Below, piece by piece: positions 33,709 through 44,666 of a DNA stretch of 64,000 nt. Where the stretch lies: the NCBI GenBank assembly GCA_030167865.1, contig JALAGF010002361.1:1-64000 (forward strand). The letters are read 5' to 3'. The notes under the pieces are model-generated. The model was not told the origin of the DNA and searched no databases. It was given only the letters and a program-made list of their open reading frames with translations. The position numbers and the translations under genes are program-made. This DNA is from Craspedostauros australis (Eukaryota). Each line of letters begins with the position of its first letter. Positions within the stretch are counted from its first letter, which is position 1.

Positions 33709-36241
33709 TTAGTCGTCAGACTCCTCGACGAACATGTCCACACATCGTTCGATACCGTAGTTATGAATTGGCATGTCATAGCTCTGACAGAATTTGTGAA
33801 AGCATGGCTCGACGTCTCCAGATTCGGTCTCCACATGCAACGAGCGTTCGAAGGGAATCACCGCTTGTCCCACTGATGCGATCTCGACGCCTTTGTTCTC
33901 CAAAATCCACCTCAATATCATCTCGGAGTTGCATCCCCTGAACCCACTCACGGTGAAGTCATCATCATCGAGCTGATCGCTGCATTCCGTGACGATGTCG
34001 TCGAAGAGGTGTTCGAAGTAGTTGCCGAAGAGCTCGGCGCGCTGTCTCGTAGCGATGGCAATGTGGTCATTTATTTCCATCGGATGCATCGTGGGCCTTC
34101 TGGCGTCGCACGATAAGGTAAACACCTCCGTGGATGGTTTCTCACGGCTGATCATGTCGTTGAAATCGAAGTCCATCAACCACATGGCGTCGTCCCTCAA
34201 GAACATGACGTAGTCGTATTGGAAGCCCTCTTCGTTCTCCGTTTCTACCAAATCGTTCCACAATGATCGGATGTTGTAGAATAGCGCGAACATGTTCTTG
34301 TTCCCTGCCTTCGTTCTGGCGCGCGACGAATGCGAGCGGAGGTCGAGCATGGGGAATCGCAGGTCCGCATTTTCATCCGGGCGCTTCTCCTTCGCCGTCT
34401 TGCGCCTTTCCACCAGCATAGGATGCTTGTTCACATCCAGCGAACGATCGAAGTGCACCTGGCGAGGATTTCCACCGCTCTGCGTGACTTGCTGCCGAAT
34501 GAAATCAGCCGTGACGGTGACATTATCGGTCTGTGGCAACACCGGATCCAGTGTGAGGTGGTTCATGTACTCCAACGATGCACGGTAGGCCTTCTGCACA
34601 CTGCTAGACAGCGAGAGATAGTAGTCGACCTGATGCCCCTGCCTGACCAACGGCTCGATAAGATGGTGCGTGGTGGAGTTGAAGTTGAATCGCAGCAAAC
34701 CTCCTGCAGTGACAATGGCGATCCGTTTGCTGGGGACATGGAATTCCCTGTATATGTTGTTCTTGCATTCCATGAGATCCAAATCTTCAATGAAGTACCA
34801 ATGGCATGCACCTCGGCTGAAGTGGACCTGTGACACGACATCGCATGAATTGTTTTCGTGTGAGGTGTACAGTGGGATTGTTGCCCACGGTATCAGCAGT
34901 GTAAAAATGGAGTTGAGGAGAGGATTGAAATTCGAAGAGTGAGGAACATGTATGGTTGGAGAACCGTTGGCATACTTGTACTCACAGCTGAATATTCAAT
35001 CTTATCGTTGAGAGCATCACCAACAGCAGCAACGACAACAAGTCGAGCAATTTGCGTAGCATGTCCCATGCAAAATGACTTACCGCCGGATCTTTCTTGC
35101 TCGTTAAAAAGAGCTTGTCCCTCGCCATCGACTCTGCTGGTGCCACGACGCTGCCCTCGTGGACTTCCATCGAACGCAAGGCCTGCGGGAAGCTGATTTG
35201 ATCACGATCACCGTAGCACTGCGTTTCATCCAACCAAGTGCAAGACAGTTTCAGGTTGAAGTCACGACACCGTTCGGACCGCATATCCCACAGAATCAGA
35301 GCGCTGTCGATCATGCCGCTATCCAACGACGTCTGCAGGGATGTTTCGTTCTGCTGCCGTTCGTAGATTTTGCATTGGTGCCGGATCGCATCTCGGCTGT
35401 CCGTGATGGGAGATCGCTTTCGTTTGATTCGCAACAGGACGTTGCAATGATCGCGGAATCGGGGGCCCCAATTCTCCATCGGATCGATGCCGACTGTGTT
35501 GATATGATTTGGCATGCTGCGGAATGAAGAGCAGGCTCCTGTCGAGTCGATGTTCTCGTGGAAGAAGCTGGTGTAGTTGCGATCTTCGATGTAAGCATCC
35601 AGCTTGGCATCTTGCCAGACGATCCTCTTGGCGAAGGAGAAGACCTTGAGACCGCCGAACATCTTGAGGAGCTTCGTGTTGCGTCTGTTGTTGTCGTACG
35701 GCAAAATCTTCGGTGGGATCCGGATGACGTAGCCTTCGCCATCTTCCACAATCCTCAGATGAGGTGCTTTCGGGGCTTTCGTTTGGGTCGCATTCTGATC
35801 CTGCTGGTCATCTTCAAGGAGGAACATGAAGGAGCATTCAACCTGGTCCTCCAGCATGTCTTCGTACCTGCTCCCCAATGCAGCGCCGTATGTGATGATC
35901 TCCGAACAGGAATCGCCAACCAGATGCTCCAATCGCAGCGATAGATCCTCCAATGCTGACACCCACGCGTTTTGGTGGCAGAAACCGCATGTCGTGTGAC
36001 TGTTGGATGACAACGACTTGACAGTGTCCTTGAGCGTGCAGGTAGCGTAGGGAAACGGCACATCGAGTTCCTTGCTGGAGCATTGCCTTGCCAGATCCGA
36101 TAGCTGCTCCGTACTGATGGATGTGGATGGTGCTTCATCTATAGTTTCCTCGACATTGAGAACCACCTGATGCTGCAGGATGATCGAGTTGAATGAGAAG
36201 ATGAAGGACACCAACGCAAAAAGCCGCGCCTCTGACTTCAT
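33709..36241 (-). CDS. Type II membrane two-domain putative glycosyltransferase: DUF616 (TOD1/MUCI70-like) + second GT-like domain, ~758 aa, 2 exons
   Basis: Exons 36241-35084 and 34827-33709; intron GTAAGT...CACAG, phase 0. Domain 1: PYDNNRRNTKLLK, IVWQDAKL, LSCTWLDETQCYGDRDQISF. Domain 2: RIAIVTAGGLLRF, YDYVMFLRDD, INDHIAI, NSEMIL. N-terminal signal anchor. Confidence 0.8.
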
Positions 36242-37392
36242 GGTGCTGGCGCGTGCGTGAGTGGCCGCCTTGCCGTTCTCCTCTGATGTCGATGCTCACG
36301 CCTTCGCCCACGATGCTGCCTGCCAGCGTTGATCCCTCGTGTTCTGTCTCCTCGCTATCTCTCTCTACCTCTACCTCTCCTACGAGTAATGTGTCTCTGT
36401 TGAGGGTTGCTACTTCCCTTGCCGTTCGCACCGGGATAGAGTGGAGTTGTATTGTTTGTGGCTCTGCAGCTCAATTTGATGCTGCGGTGATGTGATGTGG
36501 TTGTGATGCTGTTTCGCTCAGGCGATGCATGTAATACGGCTGTTCACAATGAAGTGTGGACAGCGAGTGAATGTCAATGTCCGCCCTGTTGCTGTTGTTG
36601 GTCGCCGTTGGCATGTCTCCTTTGTGATCACCACCGCGTACTTTGCCGTTGCTGTTGTCGTCGCCGTCATTGCTGGTGATTCGACGAGGACTGGACCGCA
36701 CGACCGAACCCGCTCCCAGTCTGCGCATTCTCTCCTGCTTCCGTCCACCTCCGAGTGTTCAACTCCACGATGCGCAATCCCCACCATACCATCCATGATG
36801 ATCTGCCGTTCATCGATCGTCGTGCCGCGCACCCAAGATGGACGGGAGAATGGTACCTGCCTGCCTGACTTCATGACGAACTGCTGCCACGAGGAACGAT
36901 AATTGATGGAGCGTTGGGAAATCTGGTGAAGTGCCAAATTTCAGGCCAGTGCGCGTTGATGCTCGACTCGCTGTTTGGGCGCTAAACGGACGTTAAATAC
37001 CATGTGTTTACGAAGTGAGTTGAGACATGGATGTACGACAGTGAAAACCAGACGGCGGGTGAATGACAGACATCAGAATTCAACGACGTCACTGCCCAAA
37101 TGGTTCCTGTTCGCACACTCGGAAAGGAATCTGAAAAAAATGAACCCGCGTGTGGCCATCAGCTGAACCAGTTCGCACGTCGAGTTTACGCACATTGGTG
37201 GCTGTTGGTGATGTCCATGCTCATGTTCGTGGCCATGGAGGGCGTAGCAGCACTTATCATCTGCTCATCCACCACACCGAATGCAGTTGCCACACAACAA
37301 GAATAACAGGAGCACAAGTGTTGTGTGAAAGAGAAGAGAAGTCTGCGTGGAAGCACAACCGAAAGACAACACAAGACAAGGATAAGGAAAAG

Positions 37393-38755
37393 ATGGATGC
37401 CGTCGTTCAGTTCATCCGCAACGCATTGTGCTGCGTGAAGGACCTCAAGTTGTTCGAGGACACCTTCATCCATGATGCCGCCTTCACCAACTACTACATC
37501 GCGGGCTTGCCAGACCCCTTCAACAGGACCACCCCGTTGGAGCTCATCATTTGCGTCACGCAACTGTACGCCTGCATCGCCACGACCAAGGCAGGATGGA
37601 GGCTCTTCACCACGAGCATTGGCAAGCAACGGCGGATAGCCCGTCTCGTGGAACAGCGCTCCATCCCCAAGACGGAGGAAGATCGCATCATCAACGAGAG
37701 TCTCCTCAAGGAATCGCGCTACGCCTTCCGGTCCGTCCTAGTCGCACTGTGCGTCACACCCATCGGCATCTGCTTCTTCTGGTTGTTCGCCAACTCTTTG
37801 CACGTCACCGAGACGGATTGGATCGGTGGTGTCCCGGGCATCATCCACGCATTGGAGGTCATGGAGGTCTGCCTCGTCCCCTTGCTTTACCTCATGATCG
37901 TCGATGGATTTGAGATGCTGCGCAAGAGCCGGCAGACGCAGGAGCTTCTGGACCAGGTGCGCAGCCGCAAGGTTCAACCAGAACTCATCACGACACAGCT
38001 ATTCGAGGCCATGACGGGGTGGCTGCCGTTCTGGGATAGCGGAGCCTCCATCTTCGCCAAGGCCGATCCCGGCGAGGAAAAGATGATGGAGAAGGAGATC
38101 GCCCAGGTCAAGAAGGTCCTCGACGTCGTGTCTCCGAAGGATCCAAAGACTGATAAGGACCGCAAGCAGAAGCTCGAAGAGATCGAGGCCGTGCTCGAGA
38201 CCAAGGTCTTCTCCATGCGCATGGAGGGATACAGAGAATTCCTGTACTTCGTCTTCAACTTTGTCGCCTTTTACGGCTACCTCATGGCACCATTGTGCTT
38301 TTACTACGCGGACGATGATCAACCATCGCACGTTCGCAGTCTCAAGTTCAGCTACCAGAACGACTTGGCGGATTGGGTAAGTTCGCGGATGCTATTTGCT
38401 GTTGTTACTGCTGCTGTTGCATGGTGCAAAATGGCATTGTGCTTGGAGGTGACAGCTTGCGCAATCGCAGTCCCCGTATCACCAAAGAGCATGTGATATC
38501 AGTGATCTCGCACAGCTATCGCTGCATAGAACAACGATCAATCCTCGCACATCTCTCACCAATTTCTCTCGCCCGCATCTTCGATGAACTCAATTCCTCT
38601 ATCCGTACTCTCCTCCGTGCTTTCGCTTCTCAAACAAACAGCACGGAAACTTTGCCGGTGACTTGATGTGGACCATCGAACCGCTCGTCATCCTCAGCAG
38701 TCCCATGCTCATCACTTGGATGAAGCCGGCCTCCAAGAAGGTCAAGAGCGATTAG
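37393..38755 (+). CDS. Uncharacterised multi-pass ER membrane protein, ~365 aa, 2 exons
   Basis: Exons 37393-38376 and 38642-38755 (GTAAGT...ACAG, phase 0). About 5 hydrophobic segments. C-terminus KKVKSD fits the KxKxx ER-retrieval signal. Confidence 0.8.
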
Positions 38756-39595
38756 AGTGGAGTATCGTGCAACAGTACTTGCTCAACTCGGTTAGTAGTG
38801 TTAGTAGCACCACACTAAGCTTCCACATGCAATCAATCTCAAGAAGAGGACAGCAAAGCAGCGTGCTTCTTCCATTTGACGACAAACACAGTTCCTTCAA
38901 ACAGGCACTCGCTTGTTTACCATCAACAGCGTTCTATCACTGCATCGCTTCGAGCTGAACTGAACTGAACTATATTGAGCATCACATCTGTACCAATACA
39001 GAGTAAATAGACACTAAATCACAATGAATTGGCTTCATTCTTAACCTCATGTTGGAAAGCACCTTGTGCTGGAGAGTCTGTGGTGCTGTTGTGTGCAGAA
39101 GTGGAAGTCGACGACTGCAAGCTGCAGTTACCTCGCGGAGTTCCATCGAATAACTCCGTGCCTCTAGACACTGTCTCAGTACTTTCGGTTGACGAACAAT
39201 TCGGTCACAAAAGATTTCGGAAGTCAGCGAAGTTGTAAGTCGCGTCTAAATATATATAGTTTATACAATATTCGTTGAAGAAATCCTGTGGCGTGGAATC
39301 AGGCATTTCCAATGTCCTTCATGTTTGATCGCCTGGCTCCAAATACATTATAAATAATAATAAAAGGATACCGCTATCCCCAATATCAACACACAGCAAT
39401 GTGGTGCACAACAAAGGCAAACCACACTGTGCGGACTTCAGAGAATGCCCGCTGAGTCCTCCTGACGCTGTTGCCATGTTGGGCCACTCTGCCACTTCCC
39501 CCATACTAATACTCTGAGACAATTCTGATTGAGCACAAGATTCAAGATCCCATTCTCTCATTCCCCATAATCCTCTACTTCTGCAAGTGCCAAGC

Positions 39596-40660
39596 ATGTT
39601 CCGTGTTGGCGAATACGTCGAGGCTGAAGGTCACATTCGCGGCACTGGCAAGATCGTCGAGCGCGCCGTGTATGCGGTGAAGGCCCTGAAAAAGAAGCAG
39701 GCAGATGGAACCATCGTCGATCGAGGCGGTACTATCGCGCCTGGAGAGGAGCGCATGCTTCAGGTCACCCCGGTGATATCGGGGGGGAATACGCACGTGG
39801 TCCCTGAGAAGATATGCACCGTCTACTCGATGAAGACCACAGCCAGGAACCGAAGGGGTGGCACCTCCAGGTTGCCATCGTTGCTGTCTCCAGAACACAA
39901 ATCAATGGCCACCCTTCGTGCAAAAGTCAGGCCGCCTCTCCGCCCGAAGAAACCAGCAAATCAGAAGGAGAGGATCGCCCAGTTGCTCGCCCTGGCGAAG
40001 GTGAACAAGGAGAAAGCCATCGCTCGTATGACCCGAGAGATGAAGAAAGGGGCGGCTACGAAGGGATGGTTGCGCAAAGACAGAGGCCCCGGTTCAGCTG
40101 CACCCGGCGGCGCGAAGAAGCAACTGGACGCCGAAGATAAGAAGAACTTCATCTTGATGTCCTTCTACTTGGGTTCTACGGAAGTCGCTATGGGTCTCAT
40201 TGCGCACGCGTGGGACATCAACCGGACAACGATCGGACGGAACATCAAGCAGTTTGAAGAGCACGGCACCATTGAACGCAAGGGGCGTCGAGACAATGGC
40301 AGCACCGTTTTTACCTGCCCGATCAAACAGCGCCAGTGCTTCACACCTCGCAGTGCGTTCTCCAAGAAGATGCGCACCTTGAATCCTGGACAAAGACTGA
40401 GTAAGAAGGAACTCGCGGAAGCCTACGCTTCTGCCTCGGCCGAAGAAAAGGAGGCCGCGGAGGCGCAAGCGAACTTGTGGTTGCTGCGCGGTCCATCCCT
40501 GAAGGATGACCTTGACAAGATCATGAAGCGCTACGAGAATAGTGGCTACACCATCTCTTGGGAGAGAATCGCCAATGAACTGGCAGGGCACGGATGTGTG
40601 CAGATAGTCAGTGCTGAAGCAATTCGAAAATTTGTGGCGACCGCGAAAGAGAAGAAATGA
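39596..40660 (+). CDS. Basic putative DNA-binding protein resembling the N-terminal half of a Tc1/IS630-like transposase, no DDE domain, ~354 aa
   Basis: HTH-like LIAHAWDINRTTIGRNIKQFEEHGTIERKGR; HMG-box-like FTPRSAFSKKMRTLNPG...ELAEAYASASAEEK; second HTH-like SWERIANEL...VSAEAIRKFV, then a stop. Confidence 0.6.
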   Translation: MFRVGEYVEAEGHIRGTGKIVERAVYAVKALKKKQADGTIVDRGGTIAPGEERMLQVTPVISGGNTHVVPEKICTVYSMKTTARNRRGGTSRLPSLLSPEHKSMATLRAKVRPPLRPKKPANQKERIAQLLALAKVNKEKAIARMTREMKKGAATKGWLRKDRGPGSAAPGGAKKQLDAEDKKNFILMSFYLGSTEVAMGLIAHAWDINRTTIGRNIKQFEEHGTIERKGRRDNGSTVFTCPIKQRQCFTPRSAFSKKMRTLNPGQRLSKKELAEAYASASAEEKEAAEAQANLWLLRGPSLKDDLDKIMKRYENSGYTISWERIANELAGHGCVQIVSAEAIRKFVATAKEKK

Positions 40661-40965
40661 GCGGAGGGAGTGCACTGTTGAAAGCGCTGAAACGCTGCAT
40701 GGTTTGATTGTTATCTGAATGTACAACTTAACTTAGGGTAGGAAGAACACGCTTCTCCGTTAGGGAGGATCGTCGAATATTAAAAGGTACAACTCCTTAC
40801 ATACTTGCCGGCTCTGGGTTTCTGCTCCAACACCATGAATCCATGGTTAACTTGGGACGGAGCAGAACGGAAGCGGTGGAATGTGATGGGATGCGGTGGA
40901 GCGGTATGTGCTTTCATGCACACCCGCATTCGCGCACGCATCCGCATGCACACGCAAGCGAAGAA

Positions 40966-43617
40966 TTATCCGATCTGGAAGTTTGCGCTCTCGTCGAAGG
41001 TGACGCCGACCCGCAGAGGGGCGCTGCTGCGACCATCTGGAACCTCGATTCCGAGGACCTGCTGATGTTCGCCGAAGGGTGTGTAGAGGCGGACACTTTG
41101 GCCGTTGTCCGTGTTGGCGTGCAGGTACACCATGGGCTTGCCCACACCGTCGACGCTGGCCAAGACGGCATCCCAGAAGTCCTGCTGCTGATCGGACGGA
41201 GCCGCATTTCCTAGCATGACTATGGCGCGGAATTCTTCCTCGAAGAAGTTGAGCATGCCGAAGTAGAAATCGATCTGCTCCTTGTGGCGATCGAGCCAAT
41301 CGTCGACGTCGTTGACTTTGCCGCTGACGAGGTGTAGACCAAAGAAGAGAACGCCATCGTGCAGCATGCTGAAGACCTCTGGCCGCTCACTGCTGCGCTT
41401 GACGTCGAAATCACCGACGAAGTTGAATTCGAAGTCTTCGAAAGACTCCAGCCAGCCATCGAGCGAGGCCGATGGATCCGGGCACTTGAGCCAGTCCTCG
41501 GCTCCGACAATGGAGAAGACGGGCCGGGGAGACTCGAGCATGAGCTTGCCGACATGTTCGTATCGTGACGACTGGCATCCGCTTGCGACGGCATCCTGGA
41601 TGTTTCCCAGGTGGACCAGGAAGTCGGCGTCATCGGGGACGTTCTGCAAGTCTTCGACGAACTTGTCTTCCTGGTCCTTCCTGTAAGGAGCGTTGGAAGT
41701 GACGTAGAAGGTGGTCATCTCGACAGCCTTTTCACCCTCCACTGGCACATCTGGATCTGGGGCTTCCGTCTTGTCGTCCTGTTCTCCCTGGCCTTCGGAG
41801 TCGGTGGTGCGCGAAGCGGTGACGGTGTTGTTGCCACTGCTGCCAAAGTCGACGGTCTTGAGGAGGGTGGGCACCACGATGATGAGAAGGACGACGAAGA
41901 GGACAAGAGCCAGGATGATGCGCCTGCGCTTCCTCTTGTTGAGCATGGCCTCCTGCCATGTCTTGTGGACGGGCGGCTTGTCGGGCAGGACGGAGGAGCT
42001 CTCGTCGGAGGTGTCCTTCCATACTGTGCGCAGGTTGACGTTGTTGTTGTTGCCGGCACCACTGGATCCCTTTTGTGGGGACTCCATCTTGCGAAAATTG
42101 AAGCTGCCTGATCCGAAGATCTGCGTGTCCTGCGCCTTCTTGGAGACGGTCTCCATGGCGAGGCGGACGCTGGATGCGGAGGAAGCGAAGATCTTCTGGG
42201 CGGAGATGTTGGGAAAGGCCCCGTTGGTGTAGTTGGCGTTGGTGCGGCTGTTGTTGTTGGAGTGCTCGCGGTCCAGGCGGTTGAGGAAGCGCTCCTGCTG
42301 CGCCTTGGTGTAGTCCGCGCCTCCCGCCGAGAAGTAGCGCGAGTTCCAGTTGTCGGTGGGGCGGTTCTGCGGGCTGTTGGAGTCGCCGTTGGGGCTGTCG
42401 CTGTATTGGTAGTCCCCGCTGAAGGTGCGCTCGATGTCGTTGGCAGGGCGCGACCCAGCAGATCTCTGCTCGAGGCTGAGCACGTCCACCATGGGCGCGT
42501 CGTTGTTGGGGATCGTTGGGTTGGCCTGGCGTGGGCTGACACCACGGAAGTCCTGGGTGCAGAGGATGTCATCCTCCTCCTCGGAGAGATCCTGGTCCTC
42601 GCGGAAGCTTGGGTCGGAGAAGTGGTAGCGGCCAGGTCTGCCGTTGATGGCAGCGTGGTGGCCACGGGAGTTCTGGCGGGAGAGGTTGAGACCGGCCAGG
42701 GCGGAAGGGACGCGGCGCCCACCACCCGAGAGGTTCTCCCCGGCCTGGATGGTGCCGCTGGCCGTGCGCGTGACGGCGTAGGCATCCCCGGGCTCGCCGG
42801 ACTGCTCGTGCACAACGCGGCCGCTGGTGGTGCGTCTGACCGAGTAGGCGGAGTCATGCGTGATGGGCTGAGACGTTCGGAAGCCGCCGCTCTCCGTTCG
42901 CCGGACCTCCAGCGGCGTCTTGAGCTGCTCGTCCACCAGGTGGAGGACCTTCATGGCCTGATCGCGGATGGATCTGTCCGGGAGGCCGTTGTTGTGGCTA
43001 TTGCCGTTGTTATTGCCGTTGCCGTTGCTGCTGTGGTTGCTGCTGTTGGTCGAGTTGCCCACGGAGGTGGGGGTGGTTGCACCGGAAGACCGCGGCATGA
43101 ACTGGGCCTCAGGACGGTAGCCGCCGTACTTGCGAATGAGCTCCGAGGTGTCGTAGGACTCGCTGCGGGCGAATGGAACAGCAGAGGGAGCGGCGGATGG
43201 CTGCCCACCAGCGGCCGACATGCTGGCGCGCGTGTTCCTGCTGGCCTTGTAGTCGCCGTAGCTGTTCGAGAAGCTGCTCCCGTTCGTTGCCAAGCGGTCC
43301 AGCTCGTCCCCTGCTTCCTTTTGCGCAGATGCGCTGGGTGAGACCACGGCCGGGGCTGTCTTGGCAGCAGCGTTGTCGTATTGAGCCCATCTGGAGGGGA
43401 GGGAGTCCATCGCGAATGCGTTGGAGGGAGGTCCGCTGGGAGCCGCAGCAGGACTTGGAGCTGGAGCCGCAGAGGCGGATGTCTGGAAGGCCGCTGCCGG
43501 CGGTGCTGCGCCCGATCTGCTGTCGCCTGGGGATCCACCGTCTCTGCCCGCGTTGGATGCTGCGCCGGCGGCAGCGGTCCTCATGGGACCTCCCAATTCA
43601 TCAAAAGGTTCCTCCAT
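40966..43617 (-). CDS. Type II membrane protein with C-terminal calcineurin-like metallophosphoesterase-fold domain (degenerate metal ligands), paralogue A, ~883 aa
   Basis: Disordered N-terminus, KRKRRR followed by a TM helix, then TFYVTSNAPY, FLVHLGNIQD, FSIVGAEDWLKC, RPEVFSMLHDGVLFFGLHLV. ATG at 43617 (MEEPFDEL). Confidence 0.82.
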   Translation of the reverse strand: MEEPFDELGGPMRTAAAGAASNAGRDGGSPGDSRSGAAPPAAAFQTSASAAPAPSPAAAPSGPPSNAFAMDSLPSRWAQYDNAAAKTAPAVVSPSASAQKEAGDELDRLATNGSSFSNSYGDYKASRNTRASMSAAGGQPSAAPSAVPFARSESYDTSELIRKYGGYRPEAQFMPRSSGATTPTSVGNSTNSSNHSSNGNGNNNGNSHNNGLPDRSIRDQAMKVLHLVDEQLKTPLEVRRTESGGFRTSQPITHDSAYSVRRTTSGRVVHEQSGEPGDAYAVTRTASGTIQAGENLSGGGRRVPSALAGLNLSRQNSRGHHAAINGRPGRYHFSDPSFREDQDLSEEEDDILCTQDFRGVSPRQANPTIPNNDAPMVDVLSLEQRSAGSRPANDIERTFSGDYQYSDSPNGDSNSPQNRPTDNWNSRYFSAGGADYTKAQQERFLNRLDREHSNNNSRTNANYTNGAFPNISAQKIFASSASSVRLAMETVSKKAQDTQIFGSGSFNFRKMESPQKGSSGAGNNNNVNLRTVWKDTSDESSSVLPDKPPVHKTWQEAMLNKRKRRRIILALVLFVVLLIIVVPTLLKTVDFGSSGNNTVTASRTTDSEGQGEQDDKTEAPDPDVPVEGEKAVEMTTFYVTSNAPYRKDQEDKFVEDLQNVPDDADFLVHLGNIQDAVASGCQSSRYEHVGKLMLESPRPVFSIVGAEDWLKCPDPSASLDGWLESFEDFEFNFVGDFDVKRSSERPEVFSMLHDGVLFFGLHLVSGKVNDVDDWLDRHKEQIDFYFGMLNFFEEEFRAIVMLGNAAPSDQQQDFWDAVLASVDGVGKPMVYLHANTDNGQSVRLYTPFGEHQQVLGIEVPDGRSSAPLRVGVTFDESANFQIG

Positions 43618-44666
43618 CTTGTCGTTGAGTTCTACTAGATTGGTATTGTGTAATAGTTGTATTGACGTATTGAGTGTTAGCTTGAGTGTTAGTTCCCTGG
43701 TCAGTTGTGCTGCCTCTTCAAACACTCTCTTTGGTGATGACGATGACGATGACGATGGGGACAAGAATTGTATTTGTGATGGATGTTGCCGCCACTGCTG
43801 TTGCCGCTATTGTTGATCTCCTTTGACGAGGTTGTGCTGCGGAGGCAAGAATGCGCTCTGCCTGTTGCCTCTCGTTGATCCTCTTGTTCTCTGTTGTGCT
43901 GAATCCTTTCGTTTTCACACAACAGCGTTGACACACACACAGGAATCTCCATTTCCCACCAGTTGCCTTCCCTCCATCTCACCTCGCTTCCCACACGATC
44001 CATCAAATTCCTCCCTCCCTCATTGCTTCCCACTCGGTCCGTTCCACTTACAACCTCTTTGTCCAACGGCGCACGTTCAATTTTTTGACGAAACCAATGC
44101 TTGCCCAACTCGCACGATTGCTCGTGTTGGACAAGAACGGCGGGACACGGAATCATACGAAACACAGATTGGACTATGATCAACGAACACGGCATTGGAT
44201 GGAACTTGTCCAAGCGACATGTAGTGCGACACATGTGCGACGTTGTTTGGTCTGTTGGTTTGATGGTTGTTGTTCTATTGCCTTAGACTTAGAATTGAGT
44301 CTAGATGTCGACAACGCCTCCATGTTTCTGGCGTTTCTGCGGCTTTTCTCGATTCTCGTCCATTTCAATTCCATTCATGTCGATCCGACTCTCGTGTTGT
44401 GGGAAGAGGAGCACCAACACACTATGTACCTGCAGATAGCTCGACCCTTTGGGATCACACCACACACCACACACCACATCTACCATACCCAACTACGAAT
44501 ACCATTCCAGTTCACATGTCAGTATCTCTCATTCATTCATTCAATCATTCATCCATTCATTAATTGTAGATTACATTTGCAAACCAAACGCATCTGTTTG
44601 CTTTGTTCGTTGTTGTGTTGCCCCCAAGTCTCTCACTGTCTCTCTCTCTCTCTCTGCGTCGCCTCG

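Noticed and set aside
39262-40782. AATATTCG inverted match flanking the transposase-like ORF as TIRs
   Set aside because: Only ~8 bp, does not extend, no target-site duplication.
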